Origin: a virus
Direction: 5' to 3' (one strand)
IMG/VR virus record: IMGVR_UViG_3300010354_000044
Span: 64,001 to 128,000 of that record
DNA length: 64,000 nucleotides
Shown here: in pieces, positions 7,401-15,387 of the stretch
Layout of the letters: each line of letters starts with the position of its first letter
Numbering within the stretch: the stretch's first letter is position 1
Program-made: the position numbers and the translations under genes
The notes under the pieces: generated by a model
The model's database searches: none
The model's input: the letters and a program-made list of their open reading frames with translations, nothing else
Told to the model about the DNA's origin: nothing

Positions 7401-9942
7401 CAAACTGCGGGTTGTAGACGCTGAGCAGCGTGGGTTTGTACTAAACGGAGTGATGATGTATACATCTCCCTTCGGTCAGTACTTTAATCTAGGTGACTTT
7501 GACGGCGATGGTGTCTTTACCTATGACATCACTAAGTACGTCAACGCTGGGCTCATCAAGCAAGACTCCTACGAGTCTATGCTGGAGTTCCAGAAGTCCC
7601 TGCTCGGGTATGACATGATGTCCCCTGAGTTCTGGGGTTCTGGCGCCCCTGCTCAGTATTATGCAGACCACTATGACATTCCTAGCTACGCTGCTCTGCA
7701 GAAGAAGCTGGGTATGAAGTGTCTGGATAGCGAAGGGCGTTTGATGAACCCTGAGAAGGCCCATGTCTTTAACCGAAAAGCGTTTGAGCTAAGGCAGACC
7801 GGGGCATATGAACAGCAGACCCGGTATGTCTCTTCTTCTTATGGAGTAGAGTACTTTGCTCAGGTCTTTGCTGAGATCTGCCGGGCTATGGGCTTTAAAG
7901 ACTTCATGTGGCTGGCTGACCTAGCGCCGCAGCTGCAGTCCTTGTATGAGGTCGCCCTGGGTGGATACGACAACAACATGTTGTATGTCGCCTTTGGCCT
8001 TATGGACCGAGCCTATAACGGTATGAAGCATACGCCGCACTGGCTGAAGATTGTAGATGAAGATATCTACGATCGCTTCGTTACCGGCAAGACTCATTAC
8101 TACCGGCCTACGGCGTTTCTGAAGGATACTGAGTATACAGCCTTCACCGGGCTGCCCTTTACTGAGGTTCTTCCTTACATGCAGACCCTAGGCTTCTGCT
8201 GGAAGGATGGTAAGCGGGATGATGAGGCTATCCATGGCTTCATCAATGCCGCTATGCTCGCAGGGCTTGCTAAGGTTGCCCGAAAGCTTCCTAAGCCTGA
8301 AGACAGCACTAGCCCGGCTGCGATCGTAGACCAGCTGTTTGAAGATATGGTCGCTGTCTACGGGCGTGACTTTGCTACGGCTGTTCATATGGCGCAGATT
8401 ATCTGCGACACAAGCCGTAATAAAGATAATCAGCGGGGTGGTCAACTGTGCCGGCTTGTTCATGAGCACATGATTGAGCGTTCAGCCGTTGCGCTATTGT
8501 TCAAGCTCATCATGGATGCAAAGCAGCGTATTAACGCGCCCACGCCCGAGCTTAATATTAACGATGTCATTGCTTTGACTCGTTATATTGAGCTTGCTGA
8601 TGTCCTCTCTGAACAGGATGAGGAGTTCCTTGATGTACCTAGTACATCTGGGGAAGCTGCGGCAGAGCCTGAAGATGATAATCAAGGTGATGATGATGAA
8701 GGGGGCATTGCTGTGCCGGAGCCTACTCCGGATAAGCCCGGCCCTGCACCAGGAGCTGCTGAGCCCATTGAGGAGAGCCCTGCTGGTATTGTTCAAGAAG
8801 ATGCAGGATCTTGTATCGTACAAGATCCAGCTACTGTGGAGGTAAAATCCATGTACGTGCAGAACTGGTTCTCAAATATGCTCCCATTAGAAGTCCCAAT
8901 TAAGACTGACTTTGGGACCTTTCAAACGGTAGAGAACTACTACCAGGCTATGAAAACCCTAGACTTGGAGCAAAGGAAAATTATAGCTGAGCTATCTCCC
9001 CACGCTAGTAAGCGTTATGGTCGGCGTAAAATTCAATTACGCTCTGACTGGGAGCAGATCAAGCTAGCTGTTATGGAGGAAGCTCTTCGCAAGAAATTCG
9101 CTCCTGGGACTAAAGCCCTTGAGAGATTACTTGCAGAAAAAGGTGAGATAGTTGAATGGAATAACTGGGGTGATACTTACTGGGGGGCTCTTGCTACTTT
9201 AAGTAATGACGGAACAGTTATTCCTGTTGAGCCTCGTAAAGGCTGTAACCATCTTGGGCGTTTGCTCATGGCCGTTAGAGACGAACATTTAGCGGAGAAT
9301 AAAGTGACCGGAATATTTGACGTGCCCGCGCAGGTGCTGGTTAATCCAGTTAACTGCGGCGGTACCTGGGGCGGAGCTCTTTCCAAAGGGTTCATAGACC
9401 GATACCCAGAAAATACAGCCGCCCTCAAAGTGGCCTCTGAAGCCGGGTCCGTTAAGATAGGGCAGGTGTTAGTGACTGAGGAAGGGGGTAAGTTCATTGT
9501 GAACTTACCTACTAAGCTGGATGCTAACATCCCCAGCCGGCTCGTTGACATAGAAGCTGGTTTATACGCCTTACTAGCCTGGGCTCTGGTTAATAAGCCC
9601 AAATCCATTGCCATACCCGCCCTAGGGTGTGGCCTCGGTGGGCTTAAGTGGGAGGATGTGCTCCCAGTGATTAAACAGGTAGCCACGCTTATGGGTAACC
9701 ATGGTATTGTGGTTTACCTGTTTAACGACCGTGCCGAGCTAGTCACGGTTGACGGAGTTCCTGTCCAGTACGAGGAAGAAATCGTAGAGGAAGAGGTAGT
9801 AGAGCCCCAGCGTCCTACTCTTCCTAAGCTACCTACCCTCAAGCCTCCACAGGCTAACGATGAGGACGAGTATGTGGAGTATGTGGAGCAGGACCCCAAC
9901 ATGCCTGAAGCTGAAGTAGGGGGTCTCTTCAATAATCAATAA
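1417..9942 (+). CDS. Giant polyprotein: SF1B (Dda/RecD-like) helicase + single-chain two-barrel RNA polymerase + NADAR + macrodomain
   Basis: Helicase motifs GYAGTGKTT, VDEASM, GDPAQLPPV, TVHKSQGSTF, YVAISRA; RNAP motifs FKIRNGYKG (~6004-6030), VRAP (~7369-7380), NLGDFDGD (DFDGD 7495-7509); NADAR FSN..TVENYYQAMK..DTYWG..NHLGRLLMAVR; macro VNPVNC..NLPTK..SIAIPALGCGLGGLKW; SD-supported ATG at 1417. Confidence 0.85.
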   Translation: MAILTILTVTATISASAPGAKPKARKRPNRAAQKAQQRRAAFLRRKRQSRNGRRPFHGVRYCNIADRPKARQQKFWARARKLGVAREVAHLLWMGDDLGARRVLKEARRRYQVKRSLVLRTPVDSRGDEALQARPSLKPSTGRVFERGTKGKPPRNWGLTKKSQPEPSWRDFLVKAREVHRDILADLVRVVGGEPTDTVVCMAQTPPPPSPQGRQSTLQRVNGLGLPFELSEDQLTALDKMLAFAESPARGGTFTLEGYAGTGKTTLLPIFLRLLPRNIRAATAVTALSNKAARVLSEKLRGQGLRVEASTIHKLLGIKAIKQNAEIQFDRGGSCTISENLLVIVDEASMLGEVLWNHMTSYFKSIKFLFTGDPAQLPPVNETGAPCFSLADDYAKLTKVLRHGGPVLRESTLVRDLGHGTYHPAQSLSEGNNVFCYQHINWFKVISGLVSDPEKWAKFTDDPNFFRIVAWRNARVAELNTYVRQLLHVGKKLERFMVGDLVILDAPYEDLFTGDEFWVRAVNNGKVDGWNCLEITLEPVHDAKAETIVRVLAAEEASRYKQESDRLRELATQHVIPWAEYWALQELFAGLSYGYAMTVHKSQGSTFRNVLVDYSDIKLCRGLELNKLIYVAISRASKNVIMNVGTSPIYERVKPAGEIDTGPPEIPEPPVVNAQEPVVEEAPPTLPEEESVAEVGASVSIAVAPQEPAVEETQAAPINTGQPVTETTTKEETMWFVEIDVAELTFFATKTNHAGTFPVNGLEVFKKGLLGKGYKLVETQVGPEGEELKLVYAKQPPTALGGERAPADPPDQPFASGNVAQFKQTVLNFIAQRLGKLHQQYPESGMRELIVRMTEAINYSPRDAFFAAPLSDMLSMWVFEATHSKELGNRPIPVIEKEAYYLSGKCLTGRPSLIGDLDLLLSRQRLDIEGDSYRLRYPIEQVEAAILDAEGRDLYEGYRVILSEGIKSHAVLNGNFPHLGVEVEDMAAALTVHQLAPSAFSYGLPIVKAVLAEHLAEVLCQLGYSEAVAGMVSIPAGWNLPCPQMTVAKLKNMLEYISDVFSSFGIKDYEYISLSPDATEEKFTVYICGIEFAVDAQGVTLVDALNQKAIYATYMALPICHRSIREDEGALMSPHAVFAYMLAEVVLPLLVRVDRDSYRNRLVGSNVMQTYFRVAGAVNTYLRNYVSIDLRSATIGELDDAAEARNRGVVAVALNYPRSLYRDALPSEVKSGNGFSMLNVGLMKGNIYVGGGKAMPSELSVEERQNLILERAALKTLGYANTQVVHKRMLELGFCQEPFGRMTVVSQDIHGINFTGQKEAVKDFWESQGVVDVMEVAAILGCRADWTEIARETFVALSNKGAKQLKRTANFYHNGCIFISQAVQAAQTNGVFNEIKALAVKAIIANSALFGGPGMVWANKQKIQDMGIRYRTGGQVYEFSSESQLYCEGFAYEAQHYNEHSGWNSVEPVDLHVVEGRPFGLLIKHDGYEANISAEQSGQVTKIMWRWVTKFNAEVMELRLIYDKREYGAFKIRNGYKGLVAFVEPELIGKGADLVIFGDANKTMDILYSRLREAAESFVRVPRGTTVTLNGKDYDLRELLRSLNQQAGPAMGMAIEDYDRDDRLFIDFKLLAKGAYDIVGELFEAIFGQSHWFRFDGPDLVKFTAQYYGAKAEANEGWRKLVPAELKGLGYPNAVGFTDGKVNDPHSNVLVVEEGVVHHRSWVYAAKDGIDLYVPIKPEYTTVSQNVNYAPLALGPIVDPSIPTEVARELIHAGEANRTKYTLLHILRKHSLGPVAFTMGGVEVQTVTLASTDTFAGFFGEHTQMLQHKRALSRTSFVRALCNLLQTKVLCVETSRWTESGRVMANIYLPLLSSFIIGSLDDHADESSLAGNAFMFFDMWAAGESLSSPAMVKIATTISNLISKLCDGNRMQKQLTYGPTAVGAKLGALPIIPTGELWVLRGGEVHRRLKVRFGDAINNGYVMMVRAPMTRSCICKLRVVDAEQRGFVLNGVMMYTSPFGQYFNLGDFDGDGVFTYDITKYVNAGLIKQDSYESMLEFQKSLLGYDMMSPEFWGSGAPAQYYADHYDIPSYAALQKKLGMKCLDSEGRLMNPEKAHVFNRKAFELRQTGAYEQQTRYVSSSYGVEYFAQVFAEICRAMGFKDFMWLADLAPQLQSLYEVALGGYDNNMLYVAFGLMDRAYNGMKHTPHWLKIVDEDIYDRFVTGKTHYYRPTAFLKDTEYTAFTGLPFTEVLPYMQTLGFCWKDGKRDDEAIHGFINAAMLAGLAKVARKLPKPEDSTSPAAIVDQLFEDMVAVYGRDFATAVHMAQIICDTSRNKDNQRGGQLCRLVHEHMIERSAVALLFKLIMDAKQRINAPTPELNINDVIALTRYIELADVLSEQDEEFLDVPSTSGEAAAEPEDDNQGDDDEGGIAVPEPTPDKPGPAPGAAEPIEESPAGIVQEDAGSCIVQDPATVEVKSMYVQNWFSNMLPLEVPIKTDFGTFQTVENYYQAMKTLDLEQRKIIAELSPHASKRYGRRKIQLRSDWEQIKLAVMEEALRKKFAPGTKALERLLAEKGEIVEWNNWGDTYWGALATLSNDGTVIPVEPRKGCNHLGRLLMAVRDEHLAENKVTGIFDVPAQVLVNPVNCGGTWGGALSKGFIDRYPENTAALKVASEAGSVKIGQVLVTEEGGKFIVNLPTKLDANIPSRLVDIEAGLYALLAWALVNKPKSIAIPALGCGLGGLKWEDVLPVIKQVATLMGNHGIVVYLFNDRAELVTVDGVPVQYEEEIVEEEVVEPQRPTLPKLPTLKPPQANDEDEYVEYVEQDPNMPEAEVGGLFNNQ

Positions 9943-9987
9943 TAACTTAGCGCCCTGATCTACCTTTAGACCTAGGGCGCTAAGTTA
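9942..9987 (+). terminator. Hairpin after polyprotein gene
   Basis: TAACTTAGCGCCCT...AGGGCGCTAAGTTA inverted repeat. Confidence 0.6.
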
Positions 9988-10097
9988 TTAAGCTAACAAA
10001 TCCCCCTGGGTGTGTTTATTGCTGCGCTCTACCCTGTATAGGGTCCAGGTGCGGTTCCGGTCTTTGGTTTGTCGGTGGTGTCCGTAGGGTGTCGGGC

Positions 10098-10226
10098 TGG
10101 CCTGCTTCGGTTCGGGTTGGCGGCAGTCTGCAGAGCCTGTCGGTCTGTGCCCGCATTGTTGGGGCTGTCCACTTCCACCGCGTTGTTGGATTGGCCTGCT
10201 TCGGTTCGGGTTGGCGGCAGTCTGCA
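10098..10226 (+). repeat. 35-bp direct repeat TGGCCTGCTTCGGTTCGGGTTGGCGGCAGTCTGCA (2 copies)
   Basis: Copies start near 10098 and 10192. Confidence 0.85.
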
Positions 10227-10254
10227 TCGTTGTTGGAATACTAGGAGAAAGAAA

Positions 10255-10872
10255 ATGGAACTGAAAGTAACCCCTAAGATCCTTGAGAACGGACGCGTAT
10301 GGAATACCTTCTGGGGTAGTGCCACCTCAGAGAATGGCGTCAGGGTATTGCAGGAGGACCTAGGTAACAGCATATACGCAATTGACATAAGTTGCGTATC
10401 TGTGATTTGGTATAAGAATGGGGACCTCTCCGTAGAGATATCGTCTCCGCTCCTTACCCCAGTGGGAGAGGTAAAATACTTAACCGTGGGTAAATCCACG
10501 GTTGAGAGGTCGCGTTTTATTCAATTATTCGGGCGTGAGGTCTACGAGACTTTGCTCACCCTAGAAGTGAGTAAGCGCCATTCCCTGGAGGGGCGTGGCC
10601 GAATTGCCTGGAAATGGGCGCCCCGTAAAGAGGAGGGAGAATTGTATTTCTCTGAACTTGATACTGACTGTCCGAACATCAGGATCAGGTTGTTCGCCGG
10701 TGTGGGTGGCCTGCTGCCAAATAGCGCAGTTCGTGCTTGGGAGCCCGCGCCTGCTGCTCCCAAGGCTCCTGCGCCCCTGGCTCCCCTACCCACTCTGGTC
10801 CCGCTTACACCCCAGCCCCCCAAGCTGGGGGTGCCCGAGGCCCCCGCACCCGCCGCCCTAGATAACGTCTAG
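10255..10872 (+). CDS. Hypothetical protein with Pro/Ala-rich C-terminus; start moved to ATG 10255
   Basis: AGGAG SD upstream; upstream part of the ORF is repeat DNA. Confidence 0.7.
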   Translation: MELKVTPKILENGRVWNTFWGSATSENGVRVLQEDLGNSIYAIDISCVSVIWYKNGDLSVEISSPLLTPVGEVKYLTVGKSTVERSRFIQLFGREVYETLLTLEVSKRHSLEGRGRIAWKWAPRKEEGELYFSELDTDCPNIRIRLFAGVGGLLPNSAVRAWEPAPAAPKAPAPLAPLPTLVPLTPQPPKLGVPEAPAPAALDNV

Positions 10873-11281
10873 GCCCCCCATTCTGCCGTCCTCCCAAGGG
10901 CGGCAGTTTGGTTTGGATGTTACGTAACGGCGAAGTCTTGACCTCCTTCCCCTTACCGACACATCCCACCTCGGCCCTACCCGGTGGGCTAGAAAACTAC
11001 CGGGCGGTGTCGGCTAAGGCGACGTTAAAGACACGCGCGGGGGGAGGACCTAAGCTCCAAAACCCCGCCATGAGGTGTACCAGGACTGTACACCAAATAA
11101 GCCCAGTCCCCTCTAGGGGTTCAAAAAGCCTGGGTCAATGTGCAAAGGGGGCTTGGCCAGCCCCCGGATGGGCTCGCTTTGCCCTCATGCCCAGGGCGCC
11201 CTGGGCAAAAACCAAACCGCCGTTGTGTTAGCTATGATAAGCTAATATAGCGGCGGTTTGGTTTAGGAAAGGTGTAAAAGA

Positions 11282-11668
11282 ATGTTCGTATCACAAATTG
11301 AAGAAGTCTTGTACCGCCCCTATACAACGGGGATGATACGGGAGGAGCTGCCGCAGTCCACAATAAAAGCGGTGGTCGTCTCCCTAGCGGGGACAGACTA
11401 CACGCAACTCCCGGAGGAGGGAGATCTAGATACAGGAAATCTAGGCCTATGCCTGGAATTCCCTGCTTTTGGCTGCCCTCAATGGGTAGTGGCAAAAGTG
11501 GCAAAGAGGACCTCCCACTACCCGTGGGTAGGGGTCTTTGACCACGGTAAAAGGGAGTTCGTGGTAATACACACGATTGCCGATTACTGGGTACCTCAGT
11601 ACCCGGTAATGGGGGAACTCCTTAGCCGCACTCCAGAGGGGGTGGAGCTAGTGCTTCCCCCGGTGTAG
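11282..11668 (+). CDS. Hypothetical protein
   Basis: ORF behind class II hairpin and purine-rich SD. Confidence 0.75.
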   Translation: MFVSQIEEVLYRPYTTGMIREELPQSTIKAVVVSLAGTDYTQLPEEGDLDTGNLGLCLEFPAFGCPQWVVAKVAKRTSHYPWVGVFDHGKREFVVIHTIADYWVPQYPVMGELLSRTPEGVELVLPPV

Positions 11669-11744
11669 GCTAATCCTACAAACCGCCGTGTATTAGCTTA
11701 TTATAGTTAATACACGGCGGTTTGATTTTGACGGAGTAGAGACT

Positions 11745-12131
11745 ATGGAAATTATGATCAAGTACCCCGCAGGGGGTACCGCTATTGTTTGCGAGCTCCC
11801 CCCTGCAGGGAGTCTCCCTACCGCGTTTGCGTTAGAAGATGTCTCTAGACCTAGACAAGTAATCCGCATTGAGCGGAGAGAGGAGGGCGACCTCCTGGTT
11901 GAACGGGGAATCGTAGGTAGACACTGGCACGTATATAAGGTAGCTACTATTAAGGTAGCTGGTATTTGGGGGGAAGTCCGCGGGGACTTCTGCTCCATTA
12001 AGGAAGGGGATGGGACAATAATTGAATACAGAAAAGGCCCAGGGGATTATTGTATCTCCTGCGGGACTTTTCAAGGCCCTCGCGGGGAGTACCGCGAGGG
12101 CCATAACTGCTACATGTGCGGGATGAATTAG
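11745..12131 (+). CDS. Hypothetical protein with C-terminal CxxC..CxxC zinc ribbon
   Basis: CISC...CYMC; behind class II hairpin. Confidence 0.75.
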   Translation: MEIMIKYPAGGTAIVCELPPAGSLPTAFALEDVSRPRQVIRIERREEGDLLVERGIVGRHWHVYKVATIKVAGIWGEVRGDFCSIKEGDGTIIEYRKGPGDYCISCGTFQGPRGEYREGHNCYMCGMN

Positions 12132-12371
12132 CATGTATATGTCTCCGTTAAAACAGCTAGGCTTGTGGGTATCAGGAGTGGCGATTGGCTTTGCGATCGC
12201 CACTGGTATCCAATTGGTAGAGTGCCCGCCACCGCTACCATCTACAGAGCAACAGCCTTGAAACCAAACCGCCGTTACTAAGCTACTATAAGCAAAGTAA
12301 CGGCGGTTTGATTTATTCCACGGATTCACTACAATAATTACCCCCGACCGTGGCGGGGGAGGAGGAAAATT

Positions 12372-13298
12372 ATGAGCCTGTTGTTTGTATTAAACCCCGC
12401 GCCCAAGGCGCAGGAGGAAATGATCAAATTGATTAAGGCCCAGCCCGGGCCTTACATCGGGTTGGAAATGACGGTCCCAGAGCTAGCAGCTCTGATGGAC
12501 GTCAATATAGACCCTCAACATACAGGCTTTGACGCAGCGACGAGCTGCGTCAAAGCCTGCCTAGAAGGGTCCTTCCTGGTGAAGGGAGGGGCCTACTTCA
12601 CCGTCCGCGCTGACCTGGACGCATTCGCGTCCTACCTGATCCTCGCGGGTCTAGTAGATATTAATAATGAAGATGTCTTCGTCAGACTCATGATGATTCA
12701 TGTAGCGGATACGTTCGCCCATGGCCCTTGGTCACTTGGAGCTAGCGGTACTGGCTATGAAAAGCCTTCGTTGGCGGGTATTAACCGCTGCGTGGCGGAC
12801 TACAAGCTGCCGGTAGAGGAACGGCTCGCTGCTCTCCAGCATTGGCTGGAAACCGGGGAGCATCCAGAGAAACACCTGGCTGAGGTAGAAGCCGAGGCCG
12901 AGGAAATCGCCACCGCCTTAGAAAGCGGGCAGACTGTAGTAACCATTTTAAGTGGTTACACCATAGTACAGTCTGAGTTGCGCGGAGCACCCAGCATTGG
13001 CTACCGGAGTAATCCGGTGGTTCTTGCGTGGAACCCGGCCTTCCCCATTTACGGGGAAATTGATGGAAATCAGGTTGTCGTTGGGCAAGGGCTTAAGTAC
13101 TCCGTCTGCCAGTGGGCAGAGGGGTACATTGACCTGAATGGTTTCCTTGCGGAAATCCGTAAGGAAGAGCCCGGGTGGGGAGGAAGCCCCACGTTCGTAA
13201 GCTCGCCCCAGAACGTGGCTAGTGAGGTCCCACTACAGCGTGTGCAAGAACTGTTTTACCAGTTCTTGCACCCTACTGCACAACTTGCTAGTTGCTAA
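12372..13298 (+). CDS. Putative DHH-like phosphoesterase
   Basis: IDPQH, RADLDAFAS and C-terminal GWGGS motifs; strong SD GGAGGAGG. Confidence 0.45.
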   Translation: MSLLFVLNPAPKAQEEMIKLIKAQPGPYIGLEMTVPELAALMDVNIDPQHTGFDAATSCVKACLEGSFLVKGGAYFTVRADLDAFASYLILAGLVDINNEDVFVRLMMIHVADTFAHGPWSLGASGTGYEKPSLAGINRCVADYKLPVEERLAALQHWLETGEHPEKHLAEVEAEAEEIATALESGQTVVTILSGYTIVQSELRGAPSIGYRSNPVVLAWNPAFPIYGEIDGNQVVVGQGLKYSVCQWAEGYIDLNGFLAEIRKEEPGWGGSPTFVSSPQNVASEVPLQRVQELFYQFLHPTAQLASC

Positions 13299-13386
13299 TG
13301 TTTCGTAAATCAAACCGCCGTTACTAAGCTATTATGCAAGGTAACGGCGGTTTGATTTACATAGCTATAGCTAAGGGAGAAACTAA

Positions 13387-13773
13387 ATGGATTGGGTCAG
13401 AACGATCCAGGAGCAGGTAGCTCCTGTTATGCTGAGTGAGTTTGAGGACCGAAAAAGACGCCTAACGGTTTTCCTGGAATTATGGAAACGTCAAGAGCCC
13501 CAAGCATATGCTAAATGGGCCCAAGAGGAGGAAGAGGCCACACTTGCCGACTGGCAGTGGGCTAACGGCACGGGAAATGGGACGTTTGGCCCTCTGTCGG
13601 TCTATCATATAGATCCGACAGAATATATAAAGATAGGTGTCCCCACTAAACAAGCCTACGCGGGCTTGTTCAACAAGGATACCCGAACATGGACCGGCGT
13701 GTACCTAAATAAAATACAAACCCTATGCTTGAGTAGTAAACTACCCAAGCATTGCGAGATAAGGGTCATATAG
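13387..13773 (+). CDS. Hypothetical protein
   Basis: Behind class II hairpin, SD. Confidence 0.75.
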   Translation: MDWVRTIQEQVAPVMLSEFEDRKRRLTVFLELWKRQEPQAYAKWAQEEEEATLADWQWANGTGNGTFGPLSVYHIDPTEYIKIGVPTKQAYAGLFNKDTRTWTGVYLNKIQTLCLSSKLPKHCEIRVI

Positions 13774-13840
13774 GTTGCTGCCGTGGTGTTGACTCCCTAG
13801 GTCAACACCACGGCGGTTAGATTTGCAGTAGGAAATAACC

Positions 13841-14029
13841 ATGCTTACAGAACACCAAAAAAATCACGCAGCGAAGACCCTCAGGCTATTTGAAGTTCTT
13901 CCTCCATACAGCGAGGAAGAGCTTACTAAGATCGTAAATGCGCATGCGCAAATCAGCGCATCGCTGAAGGATATAATAGTAAAGCGGGATGGAAGCGGCC
14001 ACGTTGATTGGGGAGATTTATTCTTCTAG
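13841..14029 (+). CDS. Hypothetical protein, 62 aa
   Basis: Behind class II hairpin. Confidence 0.7.
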   Translation: MLTEHQKNHAAKTLRLFEVLPPYSEEELTKIVNAHAQISASLKDIIVKRDGSGHVDWGDLFF

Positions 14030-14206
14030 GCCGCCGAAACTGCCGCAAGAGGCCGGGTAAACGGGTGTCTACTGATGGAGGAAACGTGCAATGAAATAAA
14101 AGCCGCACGTTCTAGCCTCCGGTAGGTGTACGAACTGCCGGTAATAAAGCCTATTACAGCTTATTACCGGCAGTTTGATATAGTTACCCCAGGAGGGGAG
14201 GAATAT

Positions 14207-14542
14207 ATGAACGTAGTATTTAAGGAGTTCATGGTTGCGCTAGTAGAGAATAATATCAGTTTCTCCTTTCATCAGACGCAGCGTGGAGCATCAAAGGGGA
14301 TTACCATACACTTCGGTACCGCTGAGGGGAGCTATTTCTTCACTCCAACGGAAAAAGAAATCGCGCTATACGCCCCGAACAGGACGTTCACCGGGGGTTA
14401 CATTTACTCCTTTGAGGATGTAGCCCAACTGGCGTTCAAGTATTGGACATCCTCTGAGGACAGTTATGTCCTAGAGGAGTGGGAGGATATTTTCCGGGAA
14501 CGGGGATGGGTTGAAGAGGTTACCGTCCTCAAGCCTAAATAA
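14207..14542 (+). CDS. Hypothetical protein; start moved to ATG 14207
   Basis: GGAGG SD; hairpin 14133-14180 lies in the leader. Confidence 0.7.
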   Translation: MNVVFKEFMVALVENNISFSFHQTQRGASKGITIHFGTAEGSYFFTPTEKEIALYAPNRTFTGGYIYSFEDVAQLAFKYWTSSEDSYVLEEWEDIFRERGWVEEVTVLKPK

Positions 14543-14610
14543 AAACTACCGGGGTATTGATCCTAAAAATCAATACCCCGGCTGTTTGATTTACTCATAG
14601 GGGAGGCGAA

Positions 14611-15321
14611 ATGTACTTAGTAGGGGGGTCCGTTAGGGACCTTTTGTTAGAGCTCACTGTTGACGACTACGACTTTGTATTCGTAGCCTACAGCTGGGAG
14701 CATTTGGTAGAACTAGCCCAAGGGGAGTTTGGGCCAGTTCCTAAGGCCGGGACGGAATCTGGATTTGTTGAATTTCCAGACACCTTCACCTTAAAGGGGA
14801 TGAAGGTGATTGATAGGAAGCGGCAGATCTGTGACATTGCCGCTGCCCGGCGGGAATACCACAGTGGCCCCGGGCATAAGCCCTCGGCTATTTCTTTGGC
14901 GCCTACGCTAGAGGAAGACCTAAAGCGCCGGGACTTCACAGTTAACGCGATGGCACGTGACTGGAAGACCGGTGAGTTAATTGACCTATATGGCGGGCAG
15001 GCCGACCTGTCCGCCAGGGTGCTTCGCTGTGTCGGCGATACGGAAAAACGCCTATTAGAGAACCCAGACCGGGTAATCCGGGCGTTTTATTTCCAGTGTA
15101 AACTAGTAGGCTTCACATTCTGTGAAGAGCTGGAAGCAGTTCTTCGTGAGTCTGTGGTGGTTCAAAAAGCAGTCGCCGACGACTGCCCTGACCGAAAAGC
15201 TCAGCAGCTGACTAAGCTCCTTAAAAGGGCTTCAACGGCTGAGCTGATGGGAACGATCTCCGAATACCCCCAAACATGGGCGGCGATCACAAAGGGGCTT
15301 AAGCTAAAGTTCACAACTTAA
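14611..15321 (+). CDS. tRNA nucleotidyltransferase (CCA-adding/poly(A) polymerase class II), short form
   Basis: VGGSVRD, DYDF, RRDFTVNAMA, ENPDRVIRA motifs. Confidence 0.85.
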   Translation: MYLVGGSVRDLLLELTVDDYDFVFVAYSWEHLVELAQGEFGPVPKAGTESGFVEFPDTFTLKGMKVIDRKRQICDIAAARREYHSGPGHKPSAISLAPTLEEDLKRRDFTVNAMARDWKTGELIDLYGGQADLSARVLRCVGDTEKRLLENPDRVIRAFYFQCKLVGFTFCEELEAVLRESVVVQKAVADDCPDRKAQQLTKLLKRASTAELMGTISEYPQTWAAITKGLKLKFTT

Positions 15322-15387
15322 GCACACCAGGCTGCCGCTATTACCCCCAATAGCGGCGGTTTGATTTGTAAATCTAAGGAGGGCTTT

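Noticed and set aside
1395-9932. Minus-strand and alternate-frame ORFs inside the polyprotein gene (and similar shadow ORFs elsewhere)
   Set aside because: Antisense shadows of a long coding frame, with no SD or recognisable motifs
10040-10240. DGR template repeat on the minus strand
   Set aside because: No similarity to the FGE variable regions (no GGSW/CRSA/GFR-coding scaffold)
10908-11231. 107-aa CDS
   Set aside because: Begins and ends inside regulatory hairpins and has no SD; a shorter ORF there is possible but unsupported
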